A stretch of 64,000 nt of DNA from a virus, in the IMG/VR virus record IMGVR_UViG_3300042731_007874; one strand, 5' to 3'. The notes under the pieces were generated by a model. That model was not told where the DNA came from and ran no database searches. It saw nothing but the letters and a program-made list of their open reading frames with translations. The position numbers and the translations under genes are program-made. This document shows, one piece after another, positions 36,297-45,595 of this stretch. The stretch's first letter is position 1. The number at the start of each line of letters is the position of its first letter.

Positions 36297-37553
36297 ATGA
36301 CATTTTTTGACAGATCTTATGAAGAGATAGTCGCAAAAAGTATAGAAAGACTTAGCGCCAATACCAATATCACTCAGCTTGCTCCCGGCGGGAAGACAAG
36401 ATTTCTGTTAGAGACCGTCGCCGAAGAACAAAGCAACCAACACCAAATCTTTGATTCTAATTTAATGCAGGTCTTTATTCGGTATGCAGATGATAAGTTT
36501 CTAGGATATTTAGGAGACATGCTTAATCTTCCTCAGAGAGAAGCTTCTCATGCAGAGAGTGATGATTCTACCTTTATGTTTTATGTGTCATCTGGAACAT
36601 TTGGAGATATTAATGGAGGCTTAGATTTTTCAATTCCTGCAGGAACTGTCGTCTCTACTGTTCCTTTAGAATCAACAGTTATTACTCCTGGAATAGAATC
36701 TCAACCTGTTATTGAATATACTACATTGAATAACGTAACCTGTCTTGCCGGTCAATCTTTTGCCTATGTCCCGATTAGAGCTGTCGTAGAAGGTTCTTCT
36801 TCTGTTGTCCCTAAAAATGTTTTGAAGCAGCATGATTTTTCAAGTTATGCTTTGGCGTCTAGAAATCTATTAAAATGCACTAATCAATATTCGATTGCTA
36901 ATGGAGAAGATAGAGAGAGCCCTGCTTCTTATCGATATCGACTGGCTAATGTTTTTAAAGCAAGAGAGCTGGCAGTTCCAGCTTCTATTCGGTTGGCCGC
37001 GTTAAGTGTGCCTGGAGTTTCGGATATTAAAGAAGTTCTTTGTGAGCAAGGAACTGGATCTTATTCTATTTACGTCAAAAGCACAACACCTACAACAAGT
37101 AATCGGTTAATTAACGAAGTTATGGGAGTTTGTTATTCGGTTACTGCTTACGGTATCCGGCCTTATATTTTGGCTCCTGAACCAATTGGGTTAGAGTTTG
37201 TATGTGCGGTAAACTGGAAGACTTCTGCAACTACAGAGCAAATTGCAAATGATTATAAAAACATGAGAAATGCCTTAGAAGAAAGATTAAATACGACTGA
37301 AATTGGAGAAGAAATAATTCTTAAAGACCTAATAGACTTGTTGTTATCTTCTGCTCGTTGGGCTGTTAGTATTGGGGCTGAGAGGGCAAATAGCTTTGAA
37401 GAAGTATATGCGTACAGAACAGATCCTGCTTCTGATGGAACAACAAGAACGTTGGTTTACGGAGATAAAGTAACTCCATTATACAATGAGAGAGTAATTT
37501 TAGAAACCTCTGGTAGACACAGAGGGATTCAATTTTTAACTAGGCAAGTATGA
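36297..37553 (+). CDS. Baseplate J / gp6-like wedge protein
   Basis: FSIPAGTVVST, VPIRAVVEGSSSVV, GEDRESPASYRYRL, IRLAALSVPGVSDI signatures. Confidence 0.85.
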   Translation: MTFFDRSYEEIVAKSIERLSANTNITQLAPGGKTRFLLETVAEEQSNQHQIFDSNLMQVFIRYADDKFLGYLGDMLNLPQREASHAESDDSTFMFYVSSGTFGDINGGLDFSIPAGTVVSTVPLESTVITPGIESQPVIEYTTLNNVTCLAGQSFAYVPIRAVVEGSSSVVPKNVLKQHDFSSYALASRNLLKCTNQYSIANGEDRESPASYRYRLANVFKARELAVPASIRLAALSVPGVSDIKEVLCEQGTGSYSIYVKSTTPTTSNRLINEVMGVCYSVTAYGIRPYILAPEPIGLEFVCAVNWKTSATTEQIANDYKNMRNALEERLNTTEIGEEIILKDLIDLLLSSARWAVSIGAERANSFEEVYAYRTDPASDGTTRTLVYGDKVTPLYNERVILETSGRHRGIQFLTRQV

Positions 37554-39193
37554 CTCAATTAGGAAGCTACCCCTCTAGTCGATATGGCAAATCTTGGGTA
37601 ACCCAAAGATTAGTTAATAGAGCCCCAAGTTGGGCTCACTTAAGAATGAATACAATGTCTTTGGGTCAACAGCTATTGAATCCCATTGGGCTAGAGATAC
37701 AAGAAACCTTACAGCAGCTTGCTCAAGCAAGATATAACTCCTTCTTGTCTACAGCAAATGTTGCATTATTAGACCATCTATATAAGATAGAATTGACGAC
37801 AGGGATGACCTTTCAGTCTACAGAAGACTCTTCTGGAGTAAAGACTTATTCTCCTCCAAGAGTATACGCTACGATTAATTCAACAGAATATGAACTCACT
37901 CAAGCAGAGAAGAATAACATAGAGACTTTGGCCTACGACAATCTTCCATCAAGGATTGAATACTCTGATATAACTTATCTCTATTCAGCCGTAATTGACG
38001 AAGTATCTGTTTCTGGGTTAAGTGCCGTTACTCCTGGAGATCTCCCATTCTCTTCCCATTTATATATAACGCTCAAGAATAATACTGTATGGGAGACAAG
38101 GACAACCAGCAAAATATATTATCCGAAGTGTTACATTACTGGTCTTACAAGAAAAGGTACAGAAGAAACAGAAGCAGTCCCTTTAAGATATAACGGAACT
38201 TTTAAAACCATAAACGAATGGCAGGAAGTATCTTCTGTTTTTGTGTCTTATCTAGATCCTACAGCAACAATTGCAATTGATATATTTCCGTTTAACAGGG
38301 AATCTTACTTAGATTTACGTAATATTTGTGTTCCTAATAATGCTTCGGAAAAGATTCAGTTTACTAGATTAAATGATAGAATCTGGGGTTCTAGCTTTGT
38401 AATAGAATCTTTTACTGCTAGTGATATGGATATCATAAGAGCTGCTAATCTAACCGAGAAAGAGATTCTTTATGAATTAGAGTTATTGGACAATCTTGAT
38501 AATAATGTTACTTTAGTAGATTTTATTCATCGACCAAATAGTAGATTCATTTATGCCATTAGTAATGATACTTTTTATGTTTACGATACTTCTCTTTTGT
38601 ATCCAAGTGGTGTTAATTTAAACGAAGAGAGTCCTGAAACAAAAATCAATTTAGTTTCTGATCAATGGGTTGTGGCTCGGGATGAAGAGGTAACTATCAA
38701 AACTCAAAACAGAGATTTAGCAAATCCTCCATATAGAGTGAGATGGACCATATTGACACCAGGTGGGACAGAATATTATATGGGCCTTGATGGCAGTCTT
38801 TGGTCTACAACTACAGACGCTTGGATAGATAATGATTCTTGGAGTGAGGGTAGATTTACAGATCAGCAAATTGATTTTACATTATCAGAAAACGGAAACT
38901 ATATAGTTACTTTAGAAGCTGACTATATTGACGAATCAACAAAAGAGACAACAACTTTAAAGACTAAGTTTTTGTTTACCTGTCCCGCCATAAACCCAGA
39001 AGTGCAATTTGATCTTCCTTTAGAAATGACTGGAGCTACTAATATTGGGATAGATTCAGATCAGAACATTTGGGTTCTAAACTATAATGGGATTCATAAA
39101 CTAGATTTGTTTTTTGATTATTTTCTGGTTGATTATGAGAATAATCGGATTTGGCTTAAAGAAGAATATTCTTCTGTTAGGGTGACAACTTAA
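37550..39193 (+). CDS. Baseplate-associated structural protein (547 aa)
   Basis: Coupled to baseplate J; beta-rich; no specific family recognised. Confidence 0.55.
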   Translation: MTQLGSYPSSRYGKSWVTQRLVNRAPSWAHLRMNTMSLGQQLLNPIGLEIQETLQQLAQARYNSFLSTANVALLDHLYKIELTTGMTFQSTEDSSGVKTYSPPRVYATINSTEYELTQAEKNNIETLAYDNLPSRIEYSDITYLYSAVIDEVSVSGLSAVTPGDLPFSSHLYITLKNNTVWETRTTSKIYYPKCYITGLTRKGTEETEAVPLRYNGTFKTINEWQEVSSVFVSYLDPTATIAIDIFPFNRESYLDLRNICVPNNASEKIQFTRLNDRIWGSSFVIESFTASDMDIIRAANLTEKEILYELELLDNLDNNVTLVDFIHRPNSRFIYAISNDTFYVYDTSLLYPSGVNLNEESPETKINLVSDQWVVARDEEVTIKTQNRDLANPPYRVRWTILTPGGTEYYMGLDGSLWSTTTDAWIDNDSWSEGRFTDQQIDFTLSENGNYIVTLEADYIDESTKETTTLKTKFLFTCPAINPEVQFDLPLEMTGATNIGIDSDQNIWVLNYNGIHKLDLFFDYFLVDYENNRIWLKEEYSSVRVTT

Positions 39194-40137
39194 TGGCTGC
39201 TAAAATACAAGGTTTTACGTTTTACATAGATCTTCCAGAAGAAGTTACTGGGGTTCCAGAACGTGTTCAGATTGCAAATGAATTCGATTTTATATCTGAT
39301 CTTCTTTCTTTGCCTCGACTAGAAGAAGAAACAAATCAAGAGTTTAAGCAACGAATGATGGATGTTAGGGTTCATCAAGGAAGTCCTCTCTACGATGGGG
39401 TTGTAAATAATATTTCACGAGCTTTTGGATACAGTCGACAAAGAGCATTGTCCGTAGATTTAAAAACCGCTAGTAACGGAACGCTTGTGGCGACAAGCCC
39501 TCGTGTTGATATCTTAGCAAACAAATTTGTTTTATATTCTGATTGGCGACCTGATGGAACAGAAGTAATTGATAAAGAAATATACTTTTACAATCCCACT
39601 GATGAGGGTTATTTTGTTTCAGATCTTGTCTCTGAGATTAATGATTCTTCTTGTTTCTCTGCTGCTTTATATTCTGGCGTTCGTCCAAATCTACATACTA
39701 CTAGTTTAGTTAGAGGATCTTCTGATAATTTAATTAGAGGAGATGTCGCCACAGCAAGTTTAAAAATTGATTTAGCTGCTACCTACATTACAAGAGGCAG
39801 TCTTTTGTTTCATGAAAATGAAATATTTCAGACAGAGGTTTCTTCTTCTGCTTCTGCTGCAGGGGAATATTACGTAGACTATGAGAATGGAATAATTTAT
39901 CCATATTCTGTGCCTAATGGAGAATTCGAGATCTCTTATCACTTTGGTGCTTTTCCATTAGTAGTAGACTATAGTCTTATAAAAGCATATACTTTACAAG
40001 ATGATAATTTTATTCGTGAATTATACAATCACGAAACTTCTGCTGCAGGAACTGAAGTAAATACGTTGCCAAACGAAGAGGGTGCAGAAATCATACATCA
40101 ATTATTTATGGAAACAAGATATCTTTGGGGAGAATAG
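39193..40137 (+). CDS. Baseplate wedge-associated protein (314 aa)
   Basis: LLSLPRLEEETNQEFKQRM resembles the LxRxxxExDxxYRxR motif of baseplate I/gp7-type proteins. Confidence 0.55.
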   Translation: MAAKIQGFTFYIDLPEEVTGVPERVQIANEFDFISDLLSLPRLEEETNQEFKQRMMDVRVHQGSPLYDGVVNNISRAFGYSRQRALSVDLKTASNGTLVATSPRVDILANKFVLYSDWRPDGTEVIDKEIYFYNPTDEGYFVSDLVSEINDSSCFSAALYSGVRPNLHTTSLVRGSSDNLIRGDVATASLKIDLAATYITRGSLLFHENEIFQTEVSSSASAAGEYYVDYENGIIYPYSVPNGEFEISYHFGAFPLVVDYSLIKAYTLQDDNFIRELYNHETSAAGTEVNTLPNEEGAEIIHQLFMETRYLWGE

Positions 40138-40140
40138 TTA

Positions 40141-42456
40141 GTGGCTCTTAGTAAAACCAGTTTTAACCTTCGTACAAAAATTATTGTAACTGAAGAACAA
40201 TCAACAAAACCATATGTGGGGTTTGAGCATCTTGAAACAAAACCCGATGGATGGCTTTGGGATGTTAAGAGATGGGGATCTCCTTTTGATATTAAACTGC
40301 CCACGTTACCTAGATTACTAGATGTCTCGACTCAAGGAGTTAATGAATCAGTTTATTTTCGGCCCGGAGTTGGAAGTGTTTCTCTTAAAGATTTGTTAAT
40401 TTATCGAATTTGGGATACTTTTTACCAAGACTTCAATATGTGGGTTCCAATAGTAAAAGCCGGAAATTATTTCCGGTATAAAACTCCATTTTATTACTAT
40501 AGTGATAATAGCAGAGTCCAACATATCGACCCGACTGAAAACAGAGATGGTCGTAATTATATAGAACTAGATGCGACCCCTAAATTTGACAACTCTATCT
40601 TGGCTGCAAGTTTTTCAAGAGATCCGGATACAAAAGCAATTACCTATAAACATAAATTTAATCAGTGTTATAAATTTACAGGTCTTTACTCTGATGGAGA
40701 AGAACTAGAAACTGTTTCTGATGCTGGCAAAATAACTTGGGAGAATGTCGATACTACAAAGAAAGAGTTCATTGTCGATCAAACCATTGACGGACTAACT
40801 AGGTTGTTTTTTAACCGTAGCTATACCACACAAGTGGGGGTTGTTGTTTCTGATTATGAAGACTTGGCTTCCTGTGAATTTCTAGGTGTTTCAACAGGCC
40901 AAGGACATGAATTACTATACGACGAAGAGACAACTTTATATACTCAAACATATCCTTGTAGTAGCTTCCCAATCTTAAACAACGGTTCGTTTCATATGTA
41001 CGTTAGCGATAATTCTTCTTACTCAGAGTGGACGAGAGTTGATTCGTGGTGGGATATGATCAACTCTTCTAACGAAAGGCTTTATTATGTTGATTTTGAT
41101 CTAGGATATGTATGTGTCGGCTCAAACGATCCAACGCATTTACCGGCAGCAGGTAGAAATATTTCGGTAACTTATCAGAATACTTTAAGAATTGAATATG
41201 AAGAAGAAGATACTATAGATGAAATTCAAGCTGTTAATGCTAATGTAAATCCAATAACACAATCACTGAATCAAGGTTTTGTTTGTATTACTCATGAGAA
41301 TTTAGAAGCAGCAAAGATATCACTAAGGATAAATAAGTCAAAAATATTAAATACATCACCAAGAGAATATGGTCCGATTGTAATTGGATCAGATTATGCT
41401 ATTCTGACCGCGACAGTTACAAACATAACCGACCTCCCACTGGCGCAGATTCCGGTTACTTTTACCATGACCCCAATAGGAGTTGGTAGCATTAACGGAA
41501 GCTTTGAGGCTTTTGGTATTACCAATAGTAGAGGGGAAGCCTACGCCAACTACCAACCTCCTGTAAGCGCAGAAGAATTAGGATATTATTCTACCATCGT
41601 TAGAGATTCAACTAGTCCTTATTATCCGGCCCCCACATATAAAGAATTAGTTATATCTGTTTACCAACCAGGTTTACAAAACCAAGAAGAAAATCTTTAT
41701 CTGTATCAGATTCTAAAAGACGATATTATTTTAGGTTATAAAACAGTAGAAGATTATCTACTGTCTTTATATCAAGAAGACACTCCTAATTGGGTTGTTG
41801 ACGCCACGACATATGCTGAGTGGAAACAAGAGATGATTCTAAAATACGACCTTAAAGATTTTACAGAGCCCACTGCTCAAAACAAACCAATTGCAGGAAG
41901 AAAAGTTATTACTTATCAGATTAGTGGGGTAGATAACGAAGATCCGTATGCTATTCATCCAGTTACTGGAGAACTTGGTGCAGTTGTTCCTGTAAGACCA
42001 GATGTTATAGAACAAATACAAGGACTAGGAGACGGAACAGATGGATTATGGAGAGTAATTTATCCTGCAGGAGCATTACCTGATTGCGGGCCTGCTGAAG
42101 ATGTGGGTGGCTATTGGGCTGTTGCAAGCAAAACAGTGACATTTCAAGCTCACTGTTGGTCTCCTTATTATAATCGGGAGATCTATAGCAATAAAATTAC
42201 AGCAAGAATAACATTACCTCCGTATATGCTAGGAGAATATATTAATTCACTTGGACAAAAAGTTCCGTTTGGCTGGAAATTACCAACTGATACCGACGAC
42301 GTTGCTGCTGGATTAGATGGGGCTACTTTTATTACAGTTAATCCGTTTTCTGGTCCTTATGCTATCATTGATCTTGTAAATGGAGAAGATAGCGACGAGT
42401 GGGCTGACGCCCCATTTAGAACTATCGGGTTCCAGTTTTACATAGAGGAGTCATAA
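40141..42456 (+). CDS. Baseplate/fibre-attachment structural protein (771 aa) with an Ig-like (Big_1-type) segment
   Basis: GTG start; AILTATVTNITDLPLAQIPVTFTM...TNSRGEA is an invasin-type Ig motif. Confidence 0.55.
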   Translation: MALSKTSFNLRTKIIVTEEQSTKPYVGFEHLETKPDGWLWDVKRWGSPFDIKLPTLPRLLDVSTQGVNESVYFRPGVGSVSLKDLLIYRIWDTFYQDFNMWVPIVKAGNYFRYKTPFYYYSDNSRVQHIDPTENRDGRNYIELDATPKFDNSILAASFSRDPDTKAITYKHKFNQCYKFTGLYSDGEELETVSDAGKITWENVDTTKKEFIVDQTIDGLTRLFFNRSYTTQVGVVVSDYEDLASCEFLGVSTGQGHELLYDEETTLYTQTYPCSSFPILNNGSFHMYVSDNSSYSEWTRVDSWWDMINSSNERLYYVDFDLGYVCVGSNDPTHLPAAGRNISVTYQNTLRIEYEEEDTIDEIQAVNANVNPITQSLNQGFVCITHENLEAAKISLRINKSKILNTSPREYGPIVIGSDYAILTATVTNITDLPLAQIPVTFTMTPIGVGSINGSFEAFGITNSRGEAYANYQPPVSAEELGYYSTIVRDSTSPYYPAPTYKELVISVYQPGLQNQEENLYLYQILKDDIILGYKTVEDYLLSLYQEDTPNWVVDATTYAEWKQEMILKYDLKDFTEPTAQNKPIAGRKVITYQISGVDNEDPYAIHPVTGELGAVVPVRPDVIEQIQGLGDGTDGLWRVIYPAGALPDCGPAEDVGGYWAVASKTVTFQAHCWSPYYNREIYSNKITARITLPPYMLGEYINSLGQKVPFGWKLPTDTDDVAAGLDGATFITVNPFSGPYAIIDLVNGEDSDEWADAPFRTIGFQFYIEES

Positions 42457-42458
42457 AT

Positions 42459-45400
42459 ATGAGCACTGACGCAATGAATGATGTTTTTCCAATCGTTTTT
42501 GATTTTAAAGACGGAGAACAACCAACTGGCGAAAAACTAACTGGTCTTGTAAAACACGTAGACACAGCTTTTTCAGATATCACTAGAGCAGTTGGGGATC
42601 CATGGGATTATCAGTCTCATACTTGGGGATCCGGCTCTGGACAAACACTTAGTCTTGAGAATCTGTCTCAAGCTTCTCTTGCTAGGCTTATTGGTCCATC
42701 TGATTGGATTGGGCCTTTAGGAGGGGAATTAAACAGTGCTGTTTCTGGTACAATTACAGTTACTTTAAAATCAGGAAAAAACAGTTGGAGTTTAGGATAT
42801 CCTCTTGTTAAAGTATCTACGACAATAGAAGAATCTTCTGAAGTCTCTAATCTGTCTCCACTTACTTGGGGAACTGACATTGTTGTTACTACAGATACTG
42901 GAAACATTTTAGGAACTAGAAAAACTTCTGCAACTGCAGTAACTTCTGACGGCGATTTCTATGTAGATTTTTATACTGGAGTAATTTTATCTTATAATGT
43001 TTCAACTTCTGATATCCTACTCACCTTAATTAATTTTAACCAAATGGGAGCAGGAGTCCCGTGGGGAACTCATAATGTTATTCCAACTTGGAACGAGACT
43101 GTAGAGTTATGTAACGTTACATTGGTCTCTACAATAGGAGATGTTTCTACTTATACTCTTACTCTTCCAACTGTAATTTCTTCTCCTCGTGTAACTACAG
43201 TAGGGAAATCTTTTAATAGAGGAAGCTATACAAACTCAAGTGGTTCTATTGATACAGTTTGGAATAAGATGATTCCTGGTTCTGGGTCTCAGTATTTATT
43301 ACCTCCTTCTTTAACTGGAAGTGGCATGTTAGACGGAGAAACCATTCCAGAAGGGTTTATTCTTTTATGGGATGAGGTTAACGGCAGGGTAAAGCCTCAA
43401 GTCACTTTTAAATACAAAACGTCTTCTAGTTTAACATTAGAGACTTCAGCGGCTTGGTTAACCGAAGGGCAAAATTACCGAATAATTACAGTAGGGTGTT
43501 CTTTGTCTGAAGCCATTTCGTATCTTTTAGGGGCTCAGAGATACGATAGTCATGTGGGATTACAAAGTACTTCAAAAATGGGATTTTCCCCAATGCTTTC
43601 CCATGATGATCTTATAAACCTGTTCAATGGTGCGCTCACAACTTCAGCAACAGACTTGTTTAAGTTTCGAAAATCTTCTTATGTAACAAATCCTCACCCT
43701 CAATATTTGCACAGGGCAGGATATATGCATAATGATTTAGAGGGCAATAGCGCAAATGCAATGCGTGGTGATCTAGTATTTGCTGGATTAGAAAGCGACA
43801 ACTTTGCACTAGGGACAGGGTCTAACAGCGGGACTATGAATGCTACTTATGGTATTTATTGGGGAGGGGTAAATACAAGTCTTTCTGCAACTAGTACTTC
43901 TCTTGTATTCGAAGGTGGAGAAAACGACTCGTCTTGGTTATCTGGATCTGCTTCCCGATATGGGTTTGGACTAACTGAAGTCGGGGCTTGTCCCATGGGA
44001 AGCCGTTCAAGCGAGACCTATGGGGCTTTAACCTATTATCCCTTTGGAGGAACACCCTTATATCTGAAAGGACAAGGAGCTGGTCCTTCTGGCTCTACAG
44101 GTTATTTAGGAGCCTACTTAGCTTTAGATCTTGGTCGTAGATCTGAAATGAACTATATGAAGCTAATGATGGCCTATAGGAGCACTTTATCTTATGATCA
44201 GCCGAACCAGGTGGCTCATGTAGAACAAGCATGGGGAGAAAAGAATCCAATAACTCCAGCATTAGACAATTCTTATGATGCCGAACAAGTAAGAGAATTT
44301 AGATTTAGAGGAGTTTCTCGTGTTTCAGGAGCGACAAATACAACAGAGTCGTTAGGAGGATCAACAACCAGATCTGACGCTAGTGCTATACCAGAATTTG
44401 AACATTATTTTACTTCTCCAGGGGTTGTTGGAGCTGACTTTATAAATGTTTATGGAAACGCAATTTTCTTTTCTGAAACTGGCGATGGCAAAGCTACTGA
44501 TTTTACAACTGGCGCAAAATTATGGCTAGATAACCCTCAGCTATCAACTACGAACCCCTGGTATTACTTTTACCTTGATGGCCGGTTGAATGGAACTATT
44601 CCAACAGGGATGTATTATCATCCTTTTGATTCTTCTATCTCTTATAGTCATTGTTTTATCTTTAGTATAAAAGACTATAGTCTCTTAACTGGATATGATC
44701 ATACCCAGCCACTTAGGTTTGGAGATCGAGCTGGGTTTGAATATGCTTCTAACCTTGGTGGGAATATTAGGCTAAGTACTAAACCAAGAGTAGATGGTTC
44801 TGGAGGAGGAATTATTTTAGCCTCCGGTGCAACATCAAAAAATACAGTTGACAATATAGTTGGAACTACTGGGTATACTACTACTTTCGAAGACGATATT
44901 AGGTTTTACGCTGATCGCGATATCTATGCTCTTGCCAGCAGAGACATGCATATACAAACAGGAGATGATCTTTTAATTACAGCTACTGATGATGTAGAGG
45001 TAAGAGGAGATCAAATTACTCTTCTGGGAACTTCTTCGGCTACAGTTCAAGCAAGTTCAGTTTATGTAACTTCTACTTCAGCAAGTGTAAATATTACGGG
45101 TCAGTCAAATGTAAATATTGATGCAACAACCGGTATTTTCGGACAATGCTCTTCTCAAAACTCAAGTATCGAATTTTGGAACACTGCTAGTTCTCACCCT
45201 GTTTCTGACGCTGGAGATATTGGTCTATATGCCAATGATTCTGTCTATATATACACCTACAAAGAAGACTCTAATAGTAAGATTTCTTTACATACTAATT
45301 ATGAAGCAGGAGGAGGGAGTACAGGGAATCTAGACTTATATAAACATAAACTAGACGTAAGGTTACTTTACGAGTCAACCCCAACAACTTATGCCTCTCT

Positions 45401-45587
45401 TAGTTTAAACTCAAATGGCGCATCATATATTAATGTTGATTCAACTTTTACTCTTGAAGCTGGCGATGATATTGAAATTGATCCAGGATCTGGTAATAAT
45501 ATTATTTTAACAAATCTTCCCACTAGTGATCCTGGAGTAGCTGGAGCCTTATATAATAGTTCTGGTACTATAAAAATTTCTACATAG
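42459..45587 (+). CDS. Tail fibre/spike-like protein (1042 aa)
   Basis: Ser/Thr/Gly-rich; NPHPQY knot motif; beta-helix-like C-terminal repeats (DDIRFYADRDIYALASRDMHIQTGDDLLITATDDVEV). Confidence 0.6.
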   Translation: MSTDAMNDVFPIVFDFKDGEQPTGEKLTGLVKHVDTAFSDITRAVGDPWDYQSHTWGSGSGQTLSLENLSQASLARLIGPSDWIGPLGGELNSAVSGTITVTLKSGKNSWSLGYPLVKVSTTIEESSEVSNLSPLTWGTDIVVTTDTGNILGTRKTSATAVTSDGDFYVDFYTGVILSYNVSTSDILLTLINFNQMGAGVPWGTHNVIPTWNETVELCNVTLVSTIGDVSTYTLTLPTVISSPRVTTVGKSFNRGSYTNSSGSIDTVWNKMIPGSGSQYLLPPSLTGSGMLDGETIPEGFILLWDEVNGRVKPQVTFKYKTSSSLTLETSAAWLTEGQNYRIITVGCSLSEAISYLLGAQRYDSHVGLQSTSKMGFSPMLSHDDLINLFNGALTTSATDLFKFRKSSYVTNPHPQYLHRAGYMHNDLEGNSANAMRGDLVFAGLESDNFALGTGSNSGTMNATYGIYWGGVNTSLSATSTSLVFEGGENDSSWLSGSASRYGFGLTEVGACPMGSRSSETYGALTYYPFGGTPLYLKGQGAGPSGSTGYLGAYLALDLGRRSEMNYMKLMMAYRSTLSYDQPNQVAHVEQAWGEKNPITPALDNSYDAEQVREFRFRGVSRVSGATNTTESLGGSTTRSDASAIPEFEHYFTSPGVVGADFINVYGNAIFFSETGDGKATDFTTGAKLWLDNPQLSTTNPWYYFYLDGRLNGTIPTGMYYHPFDSSISYSHCFIFSIKDYSLLTGYDHTQPLRFGDRAGFEYASNLGGNIRLSTKPRVDGSGGGIILASGATSKNTVDNIVGTTGYTTTFEDDIRFYADRDIYALASRDMHIQTGDDLLITATDDVEVRGDQITLLGTSSATVQASSVYVTSTSASVNITGQSNVNIDATTGIFGQCSSQNSSIEFWNTASSHPVSDAGDIGLYANDSVYIYTYKEDSNSKISLHTNYEAGGGSTGNLDLYKHKLDVRLLYESTPTTYASLSLNSNGASYINVDSTFTLEAGDDIEIDPGSGNNIILTNLPTSDPGVAGALYNSSGTIKIST

Positions 45588-45595
45588 GAAAATAA

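Noticed and set aside
13098-37553. Tailocin / extracellular contractile injection system instead of a phage
   Set aside because: Portal, protease, major capsid and neck genes are in the same operon.
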